Source: Verrucomicrobiia bacterium (GTDB lineage Bacteria; Verrucomicrobiota; Verrucomicrobiia; Limisphaerales; JAKPVM01). From it: DNA of 64,000 bases. Below, piece by piece: positions 55,724 to 64,000 of the stretch. The DNA lies in contig JBMFQZ010000009.1 in assembly GCA_049968335.1 (NCBI GenBank), positions 54,295 through 118,294 of the forward strand, read 5' to 3'. The notes under the pieces were generated by a model. That model was given only the letters and a program-made list of their open reading frames with translations, did no database searches and was not told where the DNA came from. The position numbers were made by a program, and so were the translations under genes. The stretch's first letter is position 1; every line of letters starts with the position of its first letter.

Positions 55724-56440
55724 CTACCTCTTATCCTTAGATAGTCTCTGCAATAAATTTTCAAATAGCCTGTTAGAAATATTTTTATATTCAGGAAAAA
55801 TAACCTTTGTATCAGACAAAATTTTTTCCGGATTTATTATCGTGTTGAGGGCTCTAACTTCTTCCTCATAACCGATCAACCATTCACGGATTGAAACATC
55901 ATCCAGTTCAAAGTGGCATTGAAATCCATAAACATTAGGCTTAAAGCGAACAATTTGATTCTTGCACAAGTCTGAGCTTGCTAACAAAACCGCATCCTCC
56001 GGAAGATCAAAAGTATCTCCATGCCAGTGAAAGGCGTAAAATCTTTCAGGCAGCCCTTGTAATACGGGGTCTAATGAAGCAACGTTTGTCAAATAAATTT
56101 CATACCATCCAATTTCAACCGCTCTGTTCTTGTAAACCGGAGCCCCTAAAGCCTTCGCAATTAGTTGAGCCCCTAAACATATTCCGACAATTGGAACCTC
56201 TGTTTTTAAAGATTTTTTTATATATTCTATTTCAGGCGCCAAAAACGGATATTTATCTTCCTCATTAACGCCCATCGGACCGCCTAAAACGAGTATGAAA
56301 TCATATTCTTCAGCAGATTTATCCGGAAATTCTCCCCGATCAAGATTAACTTCCTCTATATTCCATCCCCTCTGCCGCAAAAACTCACCGAGCATTGCGG
56401 GTCCTTCTAAACAAATGTGTTTTAACGCAAGTGCATTCAT
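55724..56440 (-). CDS. class I (type 1) glutamine amidotransferase
   Basis: MNALALKHICLEGPAML start, nucleophile elbow GICLGAQL, and HWHGDTF. The track ORF begins 13 codons earlier. Confidence 0.8.
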   Translation of the reverse strand: MNALALKHICLEGPAMLGEFLRQRGWNIEEVNLDRGEFPDKSAEEYDFILVLGGPMGVNEEDKYPFLAPEIEYIKKSLKTEVPIVGICLGAQLIAKALGAPVYKNRAVEIGWYEIYLTNVASLDPVLQGLPERFYAFHWHGDTFDLPEDAVLLASSDLCKNQIVRFKPNVYGFQCHFELDDVSIREWLIGYEEEVRALNTIINPEKILSDTKVIFPEYKNISNRLFENLLQRLSKDKR

Positions 56441-56663
56441 TTTAAAAATATTAATCAAAAAGTATTTTAAAACCTTCACTCCGACAATAGCAAAATTGTT
56501 ACCACTGAAATTCCACGAGCCATTACCAATTTGAACCAGAGATTGGATTTCAAAATACTATTCCCCATCGCCCTGATTATTATCCTTGAAACATTGCGTT
56601 AAAACTTTTACAAAAATTCTAAAACCGTTGCGCCGCAACAAAAGTTTATTGTTTTAAAATTTT

Positions 56664-58061
56664 ATGGGAAAACCGACCGACATTCAGGTTCGCGAAACTG
56701 CGCTCTATTTAATCCCGATTAAAACAAGGGTGCCGTTAAAGTTTGGCACGGAAACGCTCACATCCGTCACCTGCGCCCGCGTTCGCGTCACGGTCTCAGA
56801 CTCGCGCGGAAACAAAGCCATCGGCTGGGGTGAAACTCCATTAAGCGTCCAATGGGTTTGGCCATCTCAAATCTCTTACGATGAACGTCATAAGTCCCTA
56901 ATTGAATTTTGCAAACTCCTCGCTCGCGAGTGGCGACTCTTCCCGGAAAAAGGTCATCCGCTTGAACTTGGCAACGATTTTATCAAGTTCCGATTGCTGC
57001 CGCTTTTGGAACAGTTCAACCAGAATCGTCAGGAAAAAATGCCATATCTTGCCGCCTTGCTCTGCTGCTCGCCGTTTGATATCGCAATTCACGACGGCTA
57101 CGGCAACCTCGTTGGCAGACCTGTCTATGAAACTTACAATCCCGATTTTATGAATCGCGACCTTGCGGCTTTCATTGAAGCGTCGCCGGACGCAAATGTG
57201 AATTTTACATCCCGTTACCCGCACGAGTTCATAATCCCGCGACGCAATAGGATGAAGGCATGGCATCTTGTTGGCGGATTAGACCCGATTGACCCCTCCG
57301 ATTTAACCGGAAACGAACCATCAGACGGTTACCCCGTTCTGCTCCGCGACTGGATTCGCCGCGACGGACTCAAATGCCTGAAAATCAAACTCTGCGGAAA
57401 CGACGAAGGCTGGGACTGCGAACGGATTGTGCGCGTGGGAAAAATTGCGATTGAGGAAGGCGTGGACTGGTTAAGCGCCGATTTTAACTGCACCGTCACA
57501 ATCCCCGGCTACGTAAATAGAATCCTTGACAAACTCCGCGATGAAAATCCGCGCATCTACGGAATGATTCTCTACGTTGAACAACCGTTCCCGTATGAAT
57601 TGGAAAAATTCCCGATTGACGTCCGCAGCGTCTCAGCGCGTAAACCGCTCTTTTTAGACGAAAGCGCCCACGACTGGAAGATGATAAGACTTGGCAGGTC
57701 GCTCGGCTGGAGCGGCGTTGCATTAAAAACCTGCAAGACCCAGACCGGCGCCATACTCTCCGCCTGCTGGGCAGAAGCGCACGGAATGACCCTTATGGTT
57801 CAAGACTTAACAAACCCGATGCTCGCGCAGATTCCTCACCTTTTGCTCGCCGCGCATCTGAACACAATCATGGGCGTTGAAACAAACTCAATGCAGTTTT
57901 ATCCCGAAGCCTCCGCGCCGGAAGCGGCTGTTCACCCGGAAATTTACCGCCGCCAGAATGGAACCGTTGACCTCTCATCCATCAGCGGCAGCGGCTTCGG
58001 CTACCGCATCAACGAAATCAACCGCCCTCTGCCAAAACCTGCAGTTGAATACCGAGATTGA
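56664..58061 (+). CDS. enolase-superfamily enzyme (mandelate racemase/muconate lactonizing type)
   Basis: KxK motif (CLKIKLCG) and the metal-ligand series DxN (SADFN), EQP (YVEQPFP) and DES (LFLDESAHD) in canonical order. Substrate unknown. Confidence 0.75.
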   Translation: MGKPTDIQVRETALYLIPIKTRVPLKFGTETLTSVTCARVRVTVSDSRGNKAIGWGETPLSVQWVWPSQISYDERHKSLIEFCKLLAREWRLFPEKGHPLELGNDFIKFRLLPLLEQFNQNRQEKMPYLAALLCCSPFDIAIHDGYGNLVGRPVYETYNPDFMNRDLAAFIEASPDANVNFTSRYPHEFIIPRRNRMKAWHLVGGLDPIDPSDLTGNEPSDGYPVLLRDWIRRDGLKCLKIKLCGNDEGWDCERIVRVGKIAIEEGVDWLSADFNCTVTIPGYVNRILDKLRDENPRIYGMILYVEQPFPYELEKFPIDVRSVSARKPLFLDESAHDWKMIRLGRSLGWSGVALKTCKTQTGAILSACWAEAHGMTLMVQDLTNPMLAQIPHLLLAAHLNTIMGVETNSMQFYPEASAPEAAVHPEIYRRQNGTVDLSSISGSGFGYRINEINRPLPKPAVEYRD

Positions 58062-58249
58062 TTGTGTGTTAAAACCAGATTTTCCGTTGTTTATATGTCT
58101 GGAGAATTTGAATAAAAGGAAAACTATGGATGCGCAGGTGAAAATAAATACAAAACCACTTGAAATATGATTTGACTTTGGAACACACCGCATCCATTTC
58201 ATTTGATCTCACTATGTTTCCCCGTATTTTCGTCGGTCTGTTTTTTACC

Positions 58250-58390
58250 ATAGAGAAAAACAGAGATATACAGAGAGAAAGGAATAAGGAATAAAATAAG
58301 TTAATGAATTAACACCTCTGTTCCCTCTGCGCGCCTTCGTGCCCTTTGTGGTGAGAAAAAAGAATTAACCACAGAGAACACAGAGAATGA
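58250..58390. repeat. CAGAGA-rich direct and inverted repeat cluster (repeat family 4)
   Basis: ccatagagaaaaacagagatatacagagag and ttaaccacagagaacacagagaa are direct copies, and ctctgttccctctgcgcgccttcgtgccctttgtggtgag is inverted. ctttgtggt can pair with accacagag (9 bp including one G-U). Confidence 0.5.
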
Positions 58391-58565
58391 CTGTTAATGC
58401 TTGCCCTCTTCCGGGTCTGTTCAGCCTATTAGCAAATTTTTTTGACAAATGTTACCTCGGCTCACATTTATAATTCTCTGGAATGCGAATGAATCGTTTC
58501 AAATTCATCGCTAAATCAAATTGACTCAATAGAGTTGAAGGGCGAAAATCGGTGAGACACGTCTT

Positions 58566-59891
58566 ATGAATAAAAATCGTATGAAGCGGGTTACCCGGCG
58601 AGAATTTTTGACCTCTGGCATTAAGGTGGCTGGCGTTGTTGCAATGCCTTTTATTATCCCGGGGTCAGCGCTCGGACTCAATGGAAGGATTGCCCCAAGC
58701 GAGCGAATCGTGATGGCGGGAATCGGGCTCGGCGGTCGCGGATTTTACGACCTTAGCGTAATGATCAACCAGAACGACGTCCAATGGGTGGCTGTTTGCG
58801 AGGTCACAAAGGGGCGACGGGAAGCCGCAAAAAAGTTTGTTGATGAAAAATACGGAAACAAGGATTGCGCCGTATACAGCGACTTGCGTCAACTCCTTGC
58901 CGAAAGAACCGACGTGGACGCCGTTTTGATTGCAACCGGCGACCGCTGGCATGCGCTGGCTTCCATCTGGGCAATGCGCGCAGGCAAAGATGTTTATTGC
59001 GAAAAACCGGCGTGTCTAACGATGGAGCAGGGAAAAATGGTTGTTGAAACCGCCCGCCGCTACGGCAGAGTTTACCAAACCGGCGCCCAACGGCTCAGCG
59101 AGCCGCCTCACGTCTATGCAATTGAACTTGCCCGCTCAGGACGACTCGGCAAAATCCAGACCATTTACGCAGATATCCGCTGGCGCGACGGCAACCGCCA
59201 CGACTGGCTTCCTGCCGAACCTGAACCGCCTAAAGAGGAACTTGACTGGGATTTGTTCATCGGTCCGTCTCCGTGGCGACCATTCAACCGCGGTTATCTT
59301 AATGGCGGATGGTATCACTTTTACGATCTTGCCACAGACGTTGCAATGTGGGGCGCCCACACAGTTGCACAGGCACTCGCCGGAATTGATAGAGAAAATC
59401 TCTCCTTCATTGAATTTGAATACTCTGGACCCGAGGCAAGCATCGTTACGCATCTTTCCAACGGCATCAAACTTATCCTTTATCGCAAACCCGGCTCTGT
59501 CTGGGAACCGTGCGAATACTGGCGCGGCGCTTGCGGCGAGCGATTTGACGGCACCGAAGGCTGGGCAGCCGCAGCCGACGGTTATTCAAAAACCGATGTT
59601 TCATCACCCGCTCTGCTGGAGGATTACAAAAAATTGCTTAATGAATACACAACGCGAACACAACGACCGCTTGATCACGTTCGCGACTTCCTTGACTGTG
59701 TAAAATCGCGCAGACAAACCGTGGCAAACCCCGATGTAATGTATCAATCAATGTGCATCTGTTTAGCGGCGGACATTGTGGGTCAGCTAAAGAGGAATTT
59801 AAAATTTGACCTGCGCAAGGCTGAATTTGTCGGCGACGAAGAGGCAAACCGCCTGCGCCTGCGCGCAATGCGAGCGCCGTATATTATATGA
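58566..59891 (+). CDS. Gfo/Idh/MocA-family oxidoreductase with twin-arginine signal
   Basis: Tat motif TRREFLTSGIKVAGVVAMPFI, Rossmann start VMAGIGLGGRG, and DVYCEKP block. Confidence 0.9.
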   Translation: MNKNRMKRVTRREFLTSGIKVAGVVAMPFIIPGSALGLNGRIAPSERIVMAGIGLGGRGFYDLSVMINQNDVQWVAVCEVTKGRREAAKKFVDEKYGNKDCAVYSDLRQLLAERTDVDAVLIATGDRWHALASIWAMRAGKDVYCEKPACLTMEQGKMVVETARRYGRVYQTGAQRLSEPPHVYAIELARSGRLGKIQTIYADIRWRDGNRHDWLPAEPEPPKEELDWDLFIGPSPWRPFNRGYLNGGWYHFYDLATDVAMWGAHTVAQALAGIDRENLSFIEFEYSGPEASIVTHLSNGIKLILYRKPGSVWEPCEYWRGACGERFDGTEGWAAAADGYSKTDVSSPALLEDYKKLLNEYTTRTQRPLDHVRDFLDCVKSRRQTVANPDVMYQSMCICLAADIVGQLKRNLKFDLRKAEFVGDEEANRLRLRAMRAPYII

Positions 59892-60013
59892 GTTTGGCAA
59901 AAGGCCACAGTAGTTTAAAAAATCTGCATATTTTTTAAAAATTATTGGCAATAACAATACCTCCAATCGTAACGCGAAATAATAAATCTATTTCTGATCG
60001 AATACCTTTTTAG

Positions 60014-60152
60014 CACAGGCATTCCTGCCTGTGGCACATTCGTCCTCGCCTGCACAGCAATCCCTACCTGCTGCTTCAGCGGTTTCACTTTCGCAGACGG
60101 AAAAGAGACAGACAGGAATGTCTGTGCTACCAACGCAGACAGGAATGTCTGC
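60014..60152. repeat. three short tetraloop hairpin repeats (repeat family 3)
   Basis: cacaggca-ttcc-tgcctgtg (60014-60033), acagaca-ggaa-tgtctgt (60108-60125) and gcagaca-ggaa-tgtctgc (60135-60152). The first is the inverse orientation of the other two. Confidence 0.7.
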
Positions 60153-61893
60153 GCTACCTTATGATTTAAAACGTTACTGCATTGAACATTCGCTATACGG
60201 TGTAGATATTGACCCCGGAGCAGTTGAAATCTGCAAATTAAGATTCTGGCTTTCTATGATCGTTGATGAAGAAGATTTTCACCACATTAAACCTCTCCCT
60301 AACCTCGATTATAAAATAGTCTGCGGAGATTCATTGTTGGGTGTTGAAAAGAATGTTTTAAATTGGCAAAGTTTCAATCAACTTGAAAAATTAAAATCTC
60401 AATATTTCAATGAAACAAATGCGTCAAAGAAACAGGAGTACAAAAAACAGATTGATGGATTGATTAAAGAAATAACAAAAGGACATACACAATTTGATTT
60501 TGAGGTTTACTTTTCTGAAGTTTTTCATAAAGATTCTAAATTCGACATCGTAATTGGAAACCCGCCGTATATCCAATTGCAAAAAGATGGCGGAAGACTG
60601 GCTAAACTTTACGAAAAGCAAAATTATAAAACCTTTGCCCGCACGGGCGATATTTATTGCCTGTTTTACGAAAAAGGAATACAATTGCTGAAAGACAACG
60701 GAATACTTTGCTACATTACCTCGAATAAATGGATGCGTGCAGGCTACGGCGAAAAACTGCGAAGCTTTTTTATGCAATACAACCCTACAACACTGATTGA
60801 TTTAGGACCAGGTATATTCGAAAATGCAACGGTTGATACTAATATTTTGTTGATACAAAAAACAAAAACACATAATAAGCAGCTTAAAGCCGTAACCCTG
60901 CAAAAACAAAACGATACGGTAAATATTGAACAACAATTACAAGAACGGGCTGTAATCCTTGAAAAACTTACCCAAGATGCCTGGTTTATAGGCAGTAGCG
61001 CCGAGCAGCAACTTAAAGAAAAAATAGAACGCATTGGAAAACCGCTGAAAGATTGGAATGTGAATATTTATCGTGGAGTATTAACCGGTCTTAACGAAGC
61101 CTTTATCATAACCAAAGAAAAGCGCAACGAGATACTTGCCAATTGCAAAGACGAAGATGAACGCCGCCGCACCGAAGCCATCATCAAACCCATTTTACGC
61201 GGAAGAGACATAAAACGGTATTACTACGAGTGGGCAGGGCTGTGGGTGATAGGAACATTTCCTGCATTATGTTTAAATATTGAAGATTATCCTGCAATTA
61301 AAAAGTACTTTTTAGACAATTTTGATATAAGACAATTAGAACAATCGGGCAAAAAATATCCTGAACTTGGTTTTGATGCACGCAAGAAAACAGGAAACAA
61401 ATGGTTTGAAACACAAGACCAAATTGCCTACTACCCCGAGTTTGAGAAGGAGAAGATTATTTACATTGAAATAATGACCGATAACTGGGAAGAAGGTTAT
61501 GAATTTCCATGTTACACTTACAAAAATGACACATGTTTTGTGCTAAATACAGCTTACATTATGACAGGAAAGAATTTAAAATATATTTTAGGTGTGTTGA
61601 ATTCAAACTTTGGGAGTTACCTTGTTAAACAACATGTAACTCAGCTTCAAAAAAGACAATTTAGAATGTTAGCACAATATGTTAACAATTTTGAGATTCC
61701 CCCCATCACGCCTGCCAACCAGCCCATTGTATCGCAAATAGAAGCACTGGTGGATAAAATCCTTGCAGCAAAGAAAGAAAACCCGCAGGCGGATACAAAA
61801 AATTTTGAAGAGGAAATTGACCATTTAGTTTATAATTTGTATGATTTAATACCAGATGAAATAAAGATAATTGAAGGAGGGAAAAAATTATGA
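60031..61893 (+). CDS. Eco57I-family N6-adenine DNA methyltransferase with TaqI_C-like target-recognition domain; N-terminally truncated (no AdoMet motif I), possibly a remnant
   Basis: YGVDIDPGAVEICKLRFWLSMIVDEE...LPNLDYKIVCGDSLLG, catalytic FDIVIGNPPYIQLQ (NPPY), and TRD block IYRGVLTGLNEAFII. The first ~45 codons (..RQTGMSVLPTQTGMSALP) are translated hairpin repeats, and the true start is unclear (in-frame ATGs at 60118 and 60145). The upstream gene ends at 59891, so there is no room for motif X/I. Confidence 0.75.
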   Translation: MAHSSSPAQQSLPAASAVSLSQTEKRQTGMSVLPTQTGMSALPYDLKRYCIEHSLYGVDIDPGAVEICKLRFWLSMIVDEEDFHHIKPLPNLDYKIVCGDSLLGVEKNVLNWQSFNQLEKLKSQYFNETNASKKQEYKKQIDGLIKEITKGHTQFDFEVYFSEVFHKDSKFDIVIGNPPYIQLQKDGGRLAKLYEKQNYKTFARTGDIYCLFYEKGIQLLKDNGILCYITSNKWMRAGYGEKLRSFFMQYNPTTLIDLGPGIFENATVDTNILLIQKTKTHNKQLKAVTLQKQNDTVNIEQQLQERAVILEKLTQDAWFIGSSAEQQLKEKIERIGKPLKDWNVNIYRGVLTGLNEAFIITKEKRNEILANCKDEDERRRTEAIIKPILRGRDIKRYYYEWAGLWVIGTFPALCLNIEDYPAIKKYFLDNFDIRQLEQSGKKYPELGFDARKKTGNKWFETQDQIAYYPEFEKEKIIYIEIMTDNWEEGYEFPCYTYKNDTCFVLNTAYIMTGKNLKYILGVLNSNFGSYLVKQHVTQLQKRQFRMLAQYVNNFEIPPITPANQPIVSQIEALVDKILAAKKENPQADTKNFEEEIDHLVYNLYDLIPDEIKIIEGGKKL

Positions 61894-63239
61894 AAAATAA
61901 AATTGATTTTGAAAAAGACAATATTTTGTTCATTAGCAATGAACAAATTTATATCGATGATTTTAAAAAAGACAATGATTATCACAGGCAAAAAATTAGA
62001 GAAAAAATTGAACCTTGGTTAACAGCTGTATTTCAAAGCGAACACTTATCTTTACTTGTAGGGTCAGGGTTGCCGATATCATTGAATTCTGTAAAAGTTG
62101 AAAATACCGAAAAAAGTACTAAATCCGAAGATAATAAAGATTCAACGGATAATGAAAATTCCATGATGAATAGAATTGAATTTGAAAATACAGCTTATAA
62201 AGATTTAATAAAAAATAAAGCCGATAAAGAAGCCAAGCAAATGGGGCGAGGTGAAGCAAATTTTGAAGATGATTTGCGTGTTGCTATTGAATTACTAAAG
62301 GGGTATGAAATATTAAATAATAGCCAAGAGCCCGAATCACTTAAGCAAGAAATAAATAAATATTTAAATCAACTCATTCAATCAATATTAAAAAATGAAC
62401 AAAACTTTTTTTCGAAACAAGAAACTTTGTTGATTCTGAAGAAATTTCTTTTAAGTTTCTCTGCACGCTCAGCAACACGGGATAGATTAAAAATTTTTAC
62501 AACCAATTACGATCGATTTATTGAATATGGACTTGATGAAGCAGGTATACTTACACTGGATAGGTTTATAGGCAAGTTAAAACCAATTATGCGGTTTCAT
62601 AAAATTGACCTTGATTATCACTATAATCCGCCAGGTATTCGGGGCGAACCTCGTTATGTAGAAGGCGTTGTAAGATATACAAAACTTCACGGTTCGCTTG
62701 ACTGGCAATTTGAAGATGGGAATATTGTTAAAATGCCTATTCCATTTGGAGCTGAAGTCGATGAAAAATATTTTAATAATCCATTTGATAAGGTTGTAAT
62801 TTATCCTAATTCTTCAAAGGCGGTAGAAACCTCTTTCTTCCCATACTCTGAACTTTTTAGAGATTTTTCAACTGCAATTTGTAGGCCTAATTCTGTGTTA
62901 GTAACCTATGGTTATGGATTTGGTGATTCACATATTAATAGAATTATTGGAGATATGCTTACTATTCCATCAACTCATCTGGTTATTATATCCTATGATT
63001 TAGCAAATAATCGTATTAAAAATTTCATTGAAAAATGCAATGAATCTCAATTAACTTTTTTGATTGGTGGAGAATTGGCAAATATTGAACATTTAACCAA
63101 TTATTATCTTCCCAAACCTGCTATTGATAGAATAACCGATAGACAGACAAAAATTCTTGAAAAAAGGAAATCAACACTTGAGAAAAAAGAAAATGATATA
63201 AATAATAATGATGGAGACATCAATGAAACAGAATTTTAA
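61890..63239 (+). CDS. SIR2_2-type sirtuin-like protein (defence-associated SIR2, partner of HerA)
   Basis: 449 aa with LLVGSGLPISL, IFTTNYDRFIEY (TTNYD), TKLHGSLDW and YGYGFGDSHINR, the hallmark order of SIR2_2 domains. ATG overlaps the MTase stop (ATGA at 61890-61893) and is preceded by ggaggg. Confidence 0.85.
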   Translation: MKNKIDFEKDNILFISNEQIYIDDFKKDNDYHRQKIREKIEPWLTAVFQSEHLSLLVGSGLPISLNSVKVENTEKSTKSEDNKDSTDNENSMMNRIEFENTAYKDLIKNKADKEAKQMGRGEANFEDDLRVAIELLKGYEILNNSQEPESLKQEINKYLNQLIQSILKNEQNFFSKQETLLILKKFLLSFSARSATRDRLKIFTTNYDRFIEYGLDEAGILTLDRFIGKLKPIMRFHKIDLDYHYNPPGIRGEPRYVEGVVRYTKLHGSLDWQFEDGNIVKMPIPFGAEVDEKYFNNPFDKVVIYPNSSKAVETSFFPYSELFRDFSTAICRPNSVLVTYGYGFGDSHINRIIGDMLTIPSTHLVIISYDLANNRIKNFIEKCNESQLTFLIGGELANIEHLTNYYLPKPAIDRITDRQTKILEKRKSTLEKKENDINNNDGDINETEF

Positions 63240-64000
63240 TGATATAAGAAATCAAGTGATAGGAACTGTAGAATTTGTTTCTTCCAGAGAGATAAAAGTA
63301 TTGCTTGAGATTGATGCGCCACAAAGTACTTCCATTAATACAGGGATACCACAATTATTTCCACGAATTAACGGTTTCTTACTGATACCAAATGAGGCAG
63401 GTGCTTTAATTGGAATGATTACTTGGATAGGTATAGAATATTCTGCCTATCCAAAGAGAAAAGGATATAAGGATTTTGACCTTGTTGATCTTCCTTTCCC
63501 ACTACGCAAACTTTCATTATCTCCATTAGGTATTTTAAAGGAAAAAGAAGATGGTTATGAGATAGAAAGAGGTGTTAATAGCTATCCATCGGTTGGAGAT
63601 ATTGTAATAATTCCAAGTAATGAACAACTCAAAGCCATTGTACAGAAAAAAGATGAAAATGCTAAAGTCAAAATAGGCAATTCACCGCTTGCTTCAAATG
63701 CTCCTGTTTTTGTTGATCCTGATAAAATCTTTGGGCGACATCTTGCAATTCTTGGGAACACTGGAAGTGGAAAATCTTGTTCTGTTGCAGGGCTTATTAG
63801 ATGGTCAATTGAAAGTGCTCAGAATGAAGTTAAGGATAATAAGGAGGTTAATGCTCGTTTTATTATCCTTGATCCCAATGGAGAATACGGAGAATGTTTT
63901 AATGACTTTGGAAATATAAAAAGATATGCAGTAAAAATAAGAGAGGATGAAAATATTCATCAACTAAAAGTTCCATCCTGGATGTGGAATAGCTGGGAAT
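63224..64000 (+). CDS. HerA-like (DUF87) ATPase, N-terminal 259 codons only; cut by window end
   Basis: Own translation from ATG 63224: MKQNFNDIRNQVIGTVEFVSSREIKVLLEID... (HAS-barrel-like), then FGRHLAILGNTGSGKSCSVAGLI (Walker A) and FIILDPNGEY. It overlaps the SIR2 gene by 16 nt, and ggag lies 6 nt upstream. It has no stop in the window, so it is missing from the ORF track. Confidence 0.85.

Noticed and set aside
58443-58475. TTGACA ... TATAAT pair upstream of the Gfo/Idh/MocA gene
   Set aside because: The spacer is 21 nt, outside the functional 16-19 nt range for sigma70-type promoters.
59041-59703. 220-aa plus-strand ORF in an alternative frame of the Gfo/Idh/MocA gene
   Set aside because: It overlaps a well-supported CDS in a GC-rich stretch. 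Its Ala/Pro/Thr/Leu-rich sequence matches no family and is typical of an out-of-frame artefact.
60014-60152. CRISPR-like array
   Set aside because: There are only three short (18-20 nt) palindromes with irregular spacing (74 nt and 9 nt), one of them inverted. There are no spacer-sized unique intervals and no cas genes.
63689-63919. 76-aa plus-strand ORF from the track
   Set aside because: It is out of frame with the open-ended HerA-like reading frame (63224 onward), which carries a clear Walker A motif. The track misses herA only because it has no stop in the window.

Overview
Gene-dense 64-kb chromosomal window with about 50 credible CDS on both strands. I saw no rRNA, tRNA or CRISPR array. 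The gene content suggests an anaerobic member of the PVC superphylum (Verrucomicrobiota, Lentisphaerota or Kiritimatiellota-like); this is inference only. It rests on a prepilin-type N-terminal methylation protein with an H-X9-DG tail, Tat-signal Gfo/Idh/MocA and DUF362 proteins, a sulfatase, GH76, BatD/BatE, a zinc-ribbon Ser/Thr kinase with WD40 repeats, CotH, and several short hairpin repeat families. Housekeeping genes recognised: htrA, ileS, lon, hsp20, priA, mtnP, rsmA, panC, tsaC/sua5, crcB and an NfeD/SPFH pair. Four things deserve a second look. (1) At the right edge (about 59.9-64.0 kb) an AT-rich island carries a translationally coupled operon: an Eco57I/TaqI_C-type N6-adenine methyltransferase, a SIR2_2-type sirtuin-like protein, and a HerA-like ATPase cut by the window end. 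This is a SIR2-HerA type anti-phage module with an unusual methyltransferase partner. The methyltransferase has lost its AdoMet-binding motif I, and its 5' end is built from hairpin repeats. (2) A 10.5-kb co-directional redox cluster links EtfBA, a membrane-anchored HdrD-like Fe-S oxidoreductase, a soluble HdrD-like protein, HdrA, MvhD and a group-3c-like [NiFe] hydrogenase. (3) A roughly 250-nt non-coding element occurs three times; two copies bracket the NfeD/SPFH operon. Other dispersed hairpin repeat families are also present. (4) Two tandem paralogous membrane-anchored coiled-coil proteins share conserved end modules of unknown function. All coordinates and motifs were read by eye from the sequence and ORF track. 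No database search or folding program was run.
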